DNA from: Armatimonadota bacterium
GTDB taxonomy: Bacteria > Armatimonadota > Zipacnadia > Zipacnadales > UBA5352
Assembly: GCA_034722055.1 (NCBI GenBank)
Contig: JAYENL010000053.1
Span: 1 to 28,552 of the forward strand
Direction of reading: 5' to 3'
DNA length: 28,552 nucleotides
Made by a program: the position numbers and the translations under genes. Shown piece by piece: positions 1-7,794 of the stretch (position 1 is the stretch's first letter; each line of letters opens with the position of its first letter). The notes beneath the pieces were generated by a model. The model had not been told where the DNA came from. It did not search any database and saw only the letters and a program-made list of their open reading frames with translations.

Positions 1-355
1 GACAGCGAATCGCCACTCGCCACGATGTGCGTAAAGGAACGGCGGGCCGGACAGTGGTCCGGCCCCTCCATACGGCCTTACCTTTGGAGACATTCGGCCT
101 CATGCGGAGGGCTGTTGGCCGTGGAGAGGCCGCCTGAGGGCGCTCCTCAGGAGCGCGCGACGTCGGCCCGCTGGGGGCGATGTGACGCAGTCGGCGGCCC
201 GGACGGCCAACGGCCGGGCCGGCTTCGGCTGCAGCAAACAACGCTGGAGCCTTAGGCGGCCCCTCCGGACGGCAGACAGCGAATCGCCACTCGCCACGAT
301 GTGCGTAAAGGTAAGGAACGGCGGGCCGGACAGTGGTCCGGCCCCTCCACACGGC
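1..355 (+). repeat. Direct repeat of about 76 bp (1-76 and 275-355; second copy has a 5-nt insertion), each copy carrying a REP-like hairpin
   Basis: gacagcgaatcgccactcgccacgatgtgcgtaaagg[taagg]aacggcgggccggacagtggtccggcccctcca(t/c)acggc occurs twice, 274 bp apart. The first copy may extend beyond the left window edge. Confidence 0.95.
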
Positions 356-491
356 ACGACAAGGGCCGGGCGCGAGCGTAGTCGCGCCCCTCCAGACGGC
401 TGGGCAACGGCGTTCCGCTGTTGCTGATAGCTGACCGCTGGCAGCTCGTAGCTACCCATACGGCCGGGCGAGCAGGGAAGCTCGCCCCTCC
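44..491. repeat. Cluster of REP-like 22-nt hairpins with CTCC(A) foot (44-70, 323-349, 368-394, 466-491)
   Basis: gggccggac-agtg-gtccggccc-ctcca (x2); gggcgcga-gcgtag-tcgcgccc-ctcca; gggcgagc-agggaa-gctcgccc-ctcct. Confidence 0.85.
423..457. repeat. GCTNNNN heptamer tract
   Basis: gctgata gctgacc gctggca gctcgta gctaccc. Shares units with 15512-15546 and 16393-16511. Confidence 0.75.
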
Positions 492-492
492 T

Positions 493-667
493 GACGGCAT
501 CGTGGACTTCGGAGGAGGCCGCATAAGCGCCGGACACCTCAGCGGCGGGCGCGAAGGCGGCTCGGCCGTTCCACATGAATGCCGCCGGCCTGGAGCGCAA
601 GTTCGACATCGAGGCCTACGTCCGCAAGATCAACGCGCTGAGTGACACGATCGACCTGGAGGCGTAA
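493..667 (+). pseudogene. Probable C-terminal remnant of an SGNH/GDSL-like hydrolase (one frameshift, one internal stop)
   Basis: Skipping one G at about 511 gives DGIVDF/EEAA*APDTSAAGAKAARPFHMNAAGLERKFDIEAYVRKINALSDTIDLEA*, which resembles the SGNH C-terminal 'vvDF...HxNaaG' block. 575-667 has coding-like GC3 bias and ends 2 nt before the next ATG. Confidence 0.4.
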
Positions 668-669
668 TC

Positions 670-3336
670 ATGGGCTTCTGTGTTGACGCATTGGAGCCGC
701 TTTACCGCGAGCACGGCCTGCAGCTCCGCAAGCACACGGGGCAGTTCCCAACCTGGACTGCGCGCGTGCCCACGGTGGTGGACCTGGACGATGACGAGCG
801 GCGCATCCTGGAGCAGCAGGGCGAGGCGGCGCTGGACGAGCACCTCCGCGAGCGCGGCATGTTCGCCTTCCCGGCGGTGGACATCCGGTCTCTGAAGCCG
901 CTGCACCTGGAGACGACGCTATCGACCGATGGCGTGCCCAGGACGCGGATCTTCGTGGCTCCCGACGGGCACCTGTCCGACTGCGCGGGGGCGGTGTGCG
1001 AGATGATCCGGACGCTCGGCGGCGCGGCGCCCACGGTCTACCCGGGCACGGAGTTTGACCTCCTGGAGCTTGCGGGCTCGCACGTGATGGTGCTGGGCGG
1101 GGCGCACGAGAACCCGGCTGCGGCGCTGCTGTGCGACCGGGGATGGCTGGACGCCGATCGGCGCTTCCCCGGCGCGGGCGGCTGGCTGCTGCGCACAGTG
1201 CACAACCCGGCCGGCCTGGGCCACAACGTGATACACCTGTGCGGCGATCATCGCAGTTGCGAGGACGGCCTTGACGCCCTGCGGGAGCGGCTGTACACGC
1301 GCGGTGCCTCCATCGTCCTGGATGGGGTCTGTGAGGTGCATCCGGGGGAGCAGGCCCAGGCGTGGCTGGGCGGGTGGGAGGACTGGAAGCGGCGGCTGGC
1401 GGCAATGGCGTTCTGGGGACGGGCGCATGAGCATCGGGAGATCGAGGACGTCGAGGAGTTCGCGCGGTGGGTGGCGACCTGCCTGGACTGCGGAGGGCCG
1501 GAGCACGATCTCTACAACCGCGGGCCCGTGCGGGCGGGGAGCCTGGCGGCGCGGCTGTACCATCTGACCGGCGACCGGCGCTTTCTGCAGCTCTTCCGGC
1601 ACCTGCTGCTGGCAGAGATGGACTACTACTGCAACTTCCCCGGCGGCGCCAGCTACACGGGCGACTTCGACTTCGCCATCTACGACGAGGTGCTGGCCTG
1701 GGAGCTGCTGGAGGAGGAGGACGTCTTCAGCGACGAGGAGCGGCTGATCGTGACCAACTTCCTGCTGGCCATGCTCCACATGACCCGCGGGTACCAGCGG
1801 GAGCGGTGGCCGATCGAGGAGGGGCGGCTGCGCCACAACCACGAGACCTTCCCGGCGCTGGGGCTGTTCATGGCCGGGCGCTACTTCGCCGACTACTACG
1901 ACCTGGACGAGGCGGAGGACTGGCTGGAGTTGGCCGACGCGACCTTCAGCGGACCCATCGAGCGCTGCGTGAAGCACCGGGAGGACGCCAACGGCTACCA
2001 GTGGCTGGTCCCTCAGCACAAGCTGCTCTACGATGCGCTCAACGGCGAGGAGGACTACCGCGACAACAGTATCTTCGAGGGGCTGGTGCACGGCCTCATC
2101 GCCACCACGGACAACCTCGGCCACCCGGCGGGCTTCGGCGACGTGGGCCGGCCCATCTCGGGCGGCGCGCGCCACGCGGCGCTGCTGGAGACCATCGCCG
2201 GCCGAGTCGCCGACCCCGGCGCGCAGTGGTGGGCGGAGAAGCTGTGGTCAGCCGTTCCCGACACTGGGATTGGCTGGAGCACCGGGCTGCTGTTGCAGGT
2301 GCCCGGCTCAGCGCGCGTCGAGCCGCGAGAGCCCGAGCCTCCTCCGACCGTCGATGTCCTGCCGCTCGATCCGCACTTCCCCGAGATGGCGGCTCCGGCG
2401 ATGCCGCGCGCCTACGTCTGCGACAAGATCGCCCTGCGCGACGGCCATCACCCGGCGGGGCAGTACCTCCTGCTGGACTGCTACTCGGTGGGCAGCCACT
2501 TCCACTACGACCAGAACGCCATCATCAGCTACACCGCCGCCGAGCGCCTGTGGCTGGTGGACAACGGCTACGGCAAGCCCAGCGGCGAGAACGGCGCCCA
2601 GACGGCCTACAGCGGCCGGGAGCTGGGGCCACAGGACCACAACACGCTGCTGGTGGTGGGCGAGGACGGAGAGCTGGCGCTGCCGCCGCCGTTCTGCGCC
2701 CTGCTTACCGCCGAGACGGATGGGCCGTTGAGCCTGGTGCAGAGCGCGCTGGTGGGCTACGGGGGCGTGGACTGGCTGCGGAGCATCGTGTGGCTGGCGG
2801 ACTGCTGCGCGCTGGTGATCGACCGCGTCACGGTGCCGGAGGATGTCGCGGATGTGCGCTGCCAGCTCAACATGCTCGGCGAGGTGGAGCTTGAGGATGG
2901 CCTGCTGCGCTGCGAGCAGGATGGCCGGTGGCTGACGCTGCAGTTCGACCCCTCAGCGCCAGTGGAGATGGGCTCCTACACGAACGCCGACTGGGAGCGG
3001 GAGTTCGAGGCCGGGGTCTATCCGTGGGCCGAGCCGCCTATCCACAAGTTCGACCGCGTGCGGCAGCCGGCGCCTGGCGAGAGCGTCAGTTTCGTCACGC
3101 TCATCCACGCCGACGCGTCGCCGGGGCGCGGTCCGGAGCTGGTCATCGATTCGGAGGGCGAGCTGCTGGTGCGCGGCGACCTGCCGGCGGGTGAGGCGAC
3201 GGTGGCCGACCATAGCCTGACCGCGCGGCTCGACGGCGAGGCCCTGAGCGTCAGCTTCTCAGGCCCATGGCCGGTGCCGCAGGACATCCCTCGCCTGCCG
3301 GCGACAGCGGAGAGCTACGCGCTGAGGCCCTCGTAG
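670..3336 (+). CDS. Heparinase II/III-like (polysaccharide lyase-like) protein, 888 aa, no signal peptide
   Basis: Long ORF with GGAGG RBS. Helical region with RHNH and EDANGY motifs. C-terminal SHFHYDQN...LWLVDNGY...HNTLLV matches the Hepar_II_III pattern. N-terminal alpha/beta domain resembles hexosaminidase domain 2. Confidence 0.7.
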   Translation: MGFCVDALEPLYREHGLQLRKHTGQFPTWTARVPTVVDLDDDERRILEQQGEAALDEHLRERGMFAFPAVDIRSLKPLHLETTLSTDGVPRTRIFVAPDGHLSDCAGAVCEMIRTLGGAAPTVYPGTEFDLLELAGSHVMVLGGAHENPAAALLCDRGWLDADRRFPGAGGWLLRTVHNPAGLGHNVIHLCGDHRSCEDGLDALRERLYTRGASIVLDGVCEVHPGEQAQAWLGGWEDWKRRLAAMAFWGRAHEHREIEDVEEFARWVATCLDCGGPEHDLYNRGPVRAGSLAARLYHLTGDRRFLQLFRHLLLAEMDYYCNFPGGASYTGDFDFAIYDEVLAWELLEEEDVFSDEERLIVTNFLLAMLHMTRGYQRERWPIEEGRLRHNHETFPALGLFMAGRYFADYYDLDEAEDWLELADATFSGPIERCVKHREDANGYQWLVPQHKLLYDALNGEEDYRDNSIFEGLVHGLIATTDNLGHPAGFGDVGRPISGGARHAALLETIAGRVADPGAQWWAEKLWSAVPDTGIGWSTGLLLQVPGSARVEPREPEPPPTVDVLPLDPHFPEMAAPAMPRAYVCDKIALRDGHHPAGQYLLLDCYSVGSHFHYDQNAIISYTAAERLWLVDNGYGKPSGENGAQTAYSGRELGPQDHNTLLVVGEDGELALPPPFCALLTAETDGPLSLVQSALVGYGGVDWLRSIVWLADCCALVIDRVTVPEDVADVRCQLNMLGEVELEDGLLRCEQDGRWLTLQFDPSAPVEMGSYTNADWEREFEAGVYPWAEPPIHKFDRVRQPAPGESVSFVTLIHADASPGRGPELVIDSEGELLVRGDLPAGEATVADHSLTARLDGEALSVSFSGPWPVPQDIPRLPATAESYALRPS

Positions 3337-3339
3337 CCG

Positions 3340-3367
3340 GCAGGTGCGTGGCCGCTGCCGCGCGAAA
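3340..3367 (+). promoter_or_regulatory. Candidate alternative-sigma (SigH-like) promoter
   Basis: GCAGG-N17-GCGAAA, with the same motif and spacing as at 6924, 7706 and 18361. Confidence 0.6.
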
Positions 3368-3384
3368 CGCAATGACGAGCCAAC

Positions 3385-3413
3385 AGGCTCCCGCCGACTT
3401 CCGGCGGGTGCCT
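3385..3413 (+). other. Intergenic GC-rich hairpin without U-tract
   Basis: aggctcccgccg-acttc-cggcgggtgcct (one mismatch). Confidence 0.5.
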
Positions 3414-3436
3414 CACTGATGATGGGGCGCTTTGCC

Positions 3437-6400
3437 ATGACGCGCACTCGAGCACTCGCAATCCTGAGCCTGCTGGCAGTGGCGACCTCGCCGGCGGCGC
3501 AGGAGGACGAGCTGAAGAGGCGCACCGTCGAGGTCGAAGTCAGGCGGGAGGGCCTCGTCGAGATACTCGACCATACTCCCCCGCCTCCCGCAGATCCCGC
3601 CGAGCTCCCCGAGCCGCTGCGCGATCTGAGCCTGCCGCAGGACGCGCTGGCGGGGCTGGGGGAGGTCTGCAGCAGCGACGGCGCGGTGCGCTCGGTGCAG
3701 ATGGTGTGGCTCAGCGGCCATCGCTACCTGTGGCGCGTGGAGCTGGCGGAGGCGCCTGGCGAGGAGGAGGCCATCGGCGTCTACATCGACACGGACGCGG
3801 ATGAGGCCACCGGCCGGGAGGACGCGCGGGGCACGGAGCTGTTGCTACAGGTGGGACCCGACCGGCAGCGGGCGCTGGAGTGGATGGCCGACGGGACCGC
3901 CATCAAAGCGCGCATGTTCCACTCGGCCATCGACGGCGGCATCGTCTGGTTCACCGTGGATCATCCACTGCGCATCGAGGACGGCACTGCCCGCTGCCGC
4001 TTCTGGATCAACACGCCGGATGGCGAGACCGACCCCATCGAGGCCACGGTCCCCGCCGATGGACCGAGGCAGATCGAGCTCGAGCAGCAGGGAGAGCCGG
4101 AGGTGGGGGACGCGGGCTTCACGGTGCACTTCACCTCAGACGACGGCGAGCTCGCCGTGGAGGGTCGCGTCAATCCCATGCGGGAGCAGGGGCTGGCGGT
4201 GATGGTGACCATCACCAACCACGGGGAACGCGACCGCTGGCTGGACGTAAGCCTGCCGCTGCCCGTGCCGCTCCCGATGAAGGGCCAGCTATACTGGTTC
4301 GACGGCTTCAACTTCACGCCCCACGAGATTGGCGAGGCGGACATCGCCTACCACGGCTCCTCAGCGGTGACGCCGGTCACCTGCCTGTGGGACGACATGA
4401 TGGGGCTTCTGCTGGCGGTCAATCCCTGGAATATGCTCACCGAGCTGCACAGCAGCCTGCGGATGGAGGACGACCAGAGGGTCTGGCGACTGGGCAGCCG
4501 CCTGTGCATCTCCCCGCGCGAGGCGGAGAGCCTGGAGTTCCTCTTCACGTTTTTCAACGGAGAGCTTGGATGGCGGGGCGCCTTCGAGCACCACTGGGCC
4601 CTCTTTCCCGACGCCTACGAGCGCGCCACGGACATTGACCCGCGCTTCCACATGGCCTCGGCAGGAAGCCTCTACCGCTCCTGGACCGATCCTGAGAGCG
4701 AGGAGTTCGCGGCTGACCTCATCCGCCGGCTGCACGCGAAGTGGGAGTGGGGCTACGCGCCGGCGCCGCGGCCCGGCGAGTGGGCGGTGACGGAGCGCTC
4801 GCTCGGGGAGTGGACGCGCAGCCGCGGGGAGGTCAGCAAGTCCCTCACTGCCGAGAACCTGCCGGAGGTGCGGCAGCGCATCCGCCAGTGGGTCCATGAG
4901 GATGCCAAGCTGGCTGATGTGGCGGTCGCTTACTACATGCACCTCAAATACGTCGAGAAGGGCCTCGTGGAAAAGTACTGGTCGGACTCATACTTCCGCA
5001 ATCCCCCTACCGAGTATTTGGGCTACTACCAGTTCGTGCCATGCTGGAACGTCTATCCGTGGGCGAACAGCTACGGGCAGTACCTCCGCGACGCCATTCC
5101 GCTGATCGTAGAGCGCTTCCGGCCGGCCGGAGTGGCCTTCGACAGCGTGTTCGGCTTCATCCCGCACTGGGGCCCCAGCGCCCTCCGCTCTCCTGGCACC
5201 ACCTTCGAGAATGGGCGGGCCTTCGTGGGCGAGGGGATCGGCTTCGCCGAGCAGATGCAGGTGGTGCGCGACCAGCACACCGGCGACCACCGCACGGCTA
5301 TGGTCACCAACCTCAAGCTGCCCACGCTCTCCGCCGACGCGGTGCGCACCGACGCCGCGCTGCTGGAGTTCCACCCCATGGGCAACCCCGGCTATCGCGA
5401 GCGCATCCTGCGGCTGCGCATGCTCTCGGGCCGCATCATGTTCAACTGGTGGCACAGCTATGACCCGAAGTACTACGACTGGATCCCGTGGGAGGAGCTG
5501 AGCCCGGAGCAGACTGCGGACGCCTTCCGGCGGCTCCGCGATGACCTGCTCATCCGCTCGCTCTACTACGGCGGCGTGCCCAACGCGCGCTTCATGTGCG
5601 GCGTGCCGAAGCTCGCAGAGGCGGCGCCGATGCTCGTCGAGGTTGCCGACCTGGGCTGGGAGCCGGTCATCGCCGCGGAGCCGCAGGAGAGCGACCTGCT
5701 CGTCAGCCGCTACGGCTCGGGCCTGGGGATGGCCTTCGGCGTGGGCAATCAGGGATACCAGCCGATCGAGGACAGGCTGGCCGTGAATACCGAGCACGTG
5801 GCGGAGGGCGACGATCTGGCCTTCCTGGAGTGGTCGGGCGAGCCGACGGTCACCGAGCTCACGGGCGAGCAGCCGCGCCTTGCAGTGAGCGTGCCCGGCA
5901 GAGACGTGCGCGCCTATCGGGCTGTCATGCGCATGCCCGCGGGAACTGCCGAGCGGGTGACCGTCTCCGGGGACCTCCACGAGCATCAGCGGTGTTCGAT
6001 GACCTTCGAGGTCGAGGCCGCGGAGGATCGCGAGACGTCAGTGACCATCTGGCTGCCCGATGGGGCGCTGGCGCCGACCGTGGAGCCAGAGGCAACCCTG
6101 GCCGAGGCGCAGTACCTGACCAGCGGATCGCTCGGGGGACGATTGATCCTGAACGCGGGCACGAACCGCTTCACGGTCGTGTGGCGGCCGCCGGTGATGC
6201 TGCGCGGCGAGAGGCAGGCGCTGCTCGACTATGCCTTCGTGGCCGATGGGAGGGCGAACTGCAACGTGGTTGCGGCCGGCGACACGCGCGACCTCGCATT
6301 CCGCGTCCAGGAGTACTTCCGGGAGTATTACCGCTGGGCGGTCGAGGAGCCTCAGACGGTGAAGCTGCCCATCGTCGCGCCGGAGCAGGCGCCCGAGGGC

Positions 6401-6742
6401 CGGCGCGTGGTCATCGGCCTGCTGGATGATGTGCCCGAAGAGCTCCGGGAGGAGATGGGGACCGCCGCCGGCGTTTTCGGCCGCACAGGCGAGGTGGTCT
6501 TCGCGATGGGGCGCACGCCGGAGATGCTGGAGCGCGCGGTGGAGGGGCTGCTGTTCACGCTTGACGAGCGCTACGAGTGGTGGGGTCCATTCTATCCGGT
6601 GCAGCACTTCTTCCGCGGGAAACCCGAGGACTCGCTGCGCGCGCTGCAGGAGATGGGCATCGCGGGCGGAACGCTGAGGGGGCCGGACACTGGATTGTTG
6701 CCCAACCGCGACGAGCTGCCCGGGCTGATCGAGTGGCCGTGA
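3437..6742 (+). CDS. Large secreted multidomain protein, putative glycoside hydrolase-like (about 1101 aa)
   Basis: Signal-peptide-like start MTRTRALAILSLLAVATSPAAQ. DOMON/CBM9-like segment (IGVYIDTDADEATG). Aromatic-rich central region with GVAFDSV suggests a TIM barrel. C-terminal hexosaminidase-domain-2-like alpha/beta module. The ORF is secure; the function is inferred. Confidence 0.55.
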   Translation: MTRTRALAILSLLAVATSPAAQEDELKRRTVEVEVRREGLVEILDHTPPPPADPAELPEPLRDLSLPQDALAGLGEVCSSDGAVRSVQMVWLSGHRYLWRVELAEAPGEEEAIGVYIDTDADEATGREDARGTELLLQVGPDRQRALEWMADGTAIKARMFHSAIDGGIVWFTVDHPLRIEDGTARCRFWINTPDGETDPIEATVPADGPRQIELEQQGEPEVGDAGFTVHFTSDDGELAVEGRVNPMREQGLAVMVTITNHGERDRWLDVSLPLPVPLPMKGQLYWFDGFNFTPHEIGEADIAYHGSSAVTPVTCLWDDMMGLLLAVNPWNMLTELHSSLRMEDDQRVWRLGSRLCISPREAESLEFLFTFFNGELGWRGAFEHHWALFPDAYERATDIDPRFHMASAGSLYRSWTDPESEEFAADLIRRLHAKWEWGYAPAPRPGEWAVTERSLGEWTRSRGEVSKSLTAENLPEVRQRIRQWVHEDAKLADVAVAYYMHLKYVEKGLVEKYWSDSYFRNPPTEYLGYYQFVPCWNVYPWANSYGQYLRDAIPLIVERFRPAGVAFDSVFGFIPHWGPSALRSPGTTFENGRAFVGEGIGFAEQMQVVRDQHTGDHRTAMVTNLKLPTLSADAVRTDAALLEFHPMGNPGYRERILRLRMLSGRIMFNWWHSYDPKYYDWIPWEELSPEQTADAFRRLRDDLLIRSLYYGGVPNARFMCGVPKLAEAAPMLVEVADLGWEPVIAAEPQESDLLVSRYGSGLGMAFGVGNQGYQPIEDRLAVNTEHVAEGDDLAFLEWSGEPTVTELTGEQPRLAVSVPGRDVRAYRAVMRMPAGTAERVTVSGDLHEHQRCSMTFEVEAAEDRETSVTIWLPDGALAPTVEPEATLAEAQYLTSGSLGGRLILNAGTNRFTVVWRPPVMLRGERQALLDYAFVADGRANCNVVAAGDTRDLAFRVQEYFREYYRWAVEEPQTVKLPIVAPEQAPEGRRVVIGLLDDVPEELREEMGTAAGVFGRTGEVVFAMGRTPEMLERAVEGLLFTLDERYEWWGPFYPVQHFFRGKPEDSLRALQEMGIAGGTLRGPDTGLLPNRDELPGLIEWP

Positions 6743-6923
6743 GGTGAGGCGGGGGATCGGCAGCCGGCAACCACGCACGGCGGCCCGAGTCTGAGGATGT
6801 ACCCACCTGCCAGCACCAGCAACGGTCACACCCGCGCAATGTCGCATTGTGGCCCCCCCCCGTGGACTGGCACCCCCTGCGTTCGCTGAGTGTGTACGTT
6901 ACGGACATTCACAAAGGTTTAAA

Positions 6924-6951
6924 GCAGGAATGGCCAAGAGTGGGGGCGAAA
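6924..6951 (+). promoter_or_regulatory. Candidate alternative-sigma (SigH-like) promoter of the prepilin-like gene
   Basis: aaaGCAGGAatggccaagagtggggGCGAAAt, with an AT-rich stretch upstream, 41 nt before the ATG. Confidence 0.65.
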
Positions 6952-6992
6952 TACCCAAATAGCGTCTGAAATCATTGGCGGAGGTGTCGGAG

Positions 6993-7634
6993 ATGAAACG
7001 TGGCTTTACCCTCATCGAGCTGCTGGTCGTGATCGCGATCATCGCGATCCTGGCAGCGATCCTCTTTCCAGTGTTCGCGAGGGCCCGGGAGAAGGCACGC
7101 CAGACTGCGTGTCTGAACAACGTGAAGCAGATTTCGCTGGCCTTCATGATGTACGCGAATGACTACGATGAGTTCCTGCCGCCGCTGAACAATGGTAACG
7201 CGAGCGGGACCTACTGGTGGATGGACTTGACGGAGCCATACATGAAGAACAGGGACATTCTGGCCTGCCCAAGTGCCCCCCGTAAACCGTACGCCTACGG
7301 CGCCATGTTCGCGACACTTGCATTGGACAGGTGGTCCTGGAATCCGGGCGCTTCCGCCAGCCTTGCCGAGATTGACAAACCGGCGGAAGCTGTCATGCTC
7401 AGCGAATGCGAACGCGAAGGACATCCCGAATACAACATGGTCTGGATCTATCCGCTTGGCCGGTACACGCTCGGGTTCAGTAGTGCCTTCCCTAACAACG
7501 GCATCCCCAGGCCTGGTCGCCACAACGGAGGCAACAACGTCGGCTTTTGCGACGGCCACGCGAAATGGATCGCGGACCAGACGATGTTCGATCCGGACTG
7601 GAGCGGCTGGACCGCTCAACCGCCCGGCCTGTAG
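6993..7634 (+). CDS. DUF1559-family prepilin-type N-terminal cleavage/methylation protein with H-X9-DG domain (213 aa)
   Basis: [46 protein letters not shown]; internal ACPS; C-terminal [27 protein letters not shown] at 6980-6986. Confidence 0.95.
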   Translation: MKRGFTLIELLVVIAIIAILAAILFPVFARAREKARQTACLNNVKQISLAFMMYANDYDEFLPPLNNGNASGTYWWMDLTEPYMKNRDILACPSAPRKPYAYGAMFATLALDRWSWNPGASASLAEIDKPAEAVMLSECEREGHPEYNMVWIYPLGRYTLGFSSAFPNNGIPRPGRHNGGNNVGFCDGHAKWIADQTMFDPDWSGWTAQPPGL

Positions 7635-7650
7635 TCCTTCGCGCGTATCT

Positions 7651-7684
7651 GCCCCGGGGTCAATGCTGGCCCCGGGGCCTTTTT
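7651..7684 (+). terminator. Rho-independent terminator after the prepilin-like gene
   Basis: gccccggggtca-atgc-tggccccggggc followed by c-ttttt. Confidence 0.85.
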
Positions 7685-7705
7685 CGTTCTGCCTCATCAG
7701 TGGCG

Positions 7706-7733
7706 GGAGGAGCCACGGTGGCGGGCTGCGAAC
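7706..7733 (+). promoter_or_regulatory. Candidate alternative-sigma (SigH-like) promoter
   Basis: GGAGGA-N16-GCGAAC, just downstream of the terminator and 61 nt before ATG 7795. Confidence 0.6.
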
Positions 7734-7794
7734 TGGGTAGCGGATCGGTGGAGCCGGGCGTCTGCCGACCGGACGCAGTGGAGAGGTGAGAGGA

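Noticed and set aside
1..491. Hairpin repeats as a CRISPR array or attC cassette array
   Set aside because: Spacing is irregular (279, 45 and 98 nt between hairpin starts), stems differ, and there are no GTTRRRY cores, cassette ORFs or integrase.
25..645. Short ORFs across the repeat island (25-255, 100-609, 182-427, 421-645)
   Set aside because: They are translations of repeats and hairpins with Arg/Gly/Pro-rich composition; only the 493-667 segment looks coding-derived.
6868..6880. Sigma54 promoter TGGCAC...TGC
   Set aside because: The GG and GC dinucleotides are 10 nt apart rather than the required 12.
7490..7570. AAC-rich 3' end of the pilin gene as a diversity-generating retroelement repeat
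   Set aside because: No second near-identical copy and no reverse transcriptase in the window; the Asn codons belong to the conserved H-X9-DG motif.
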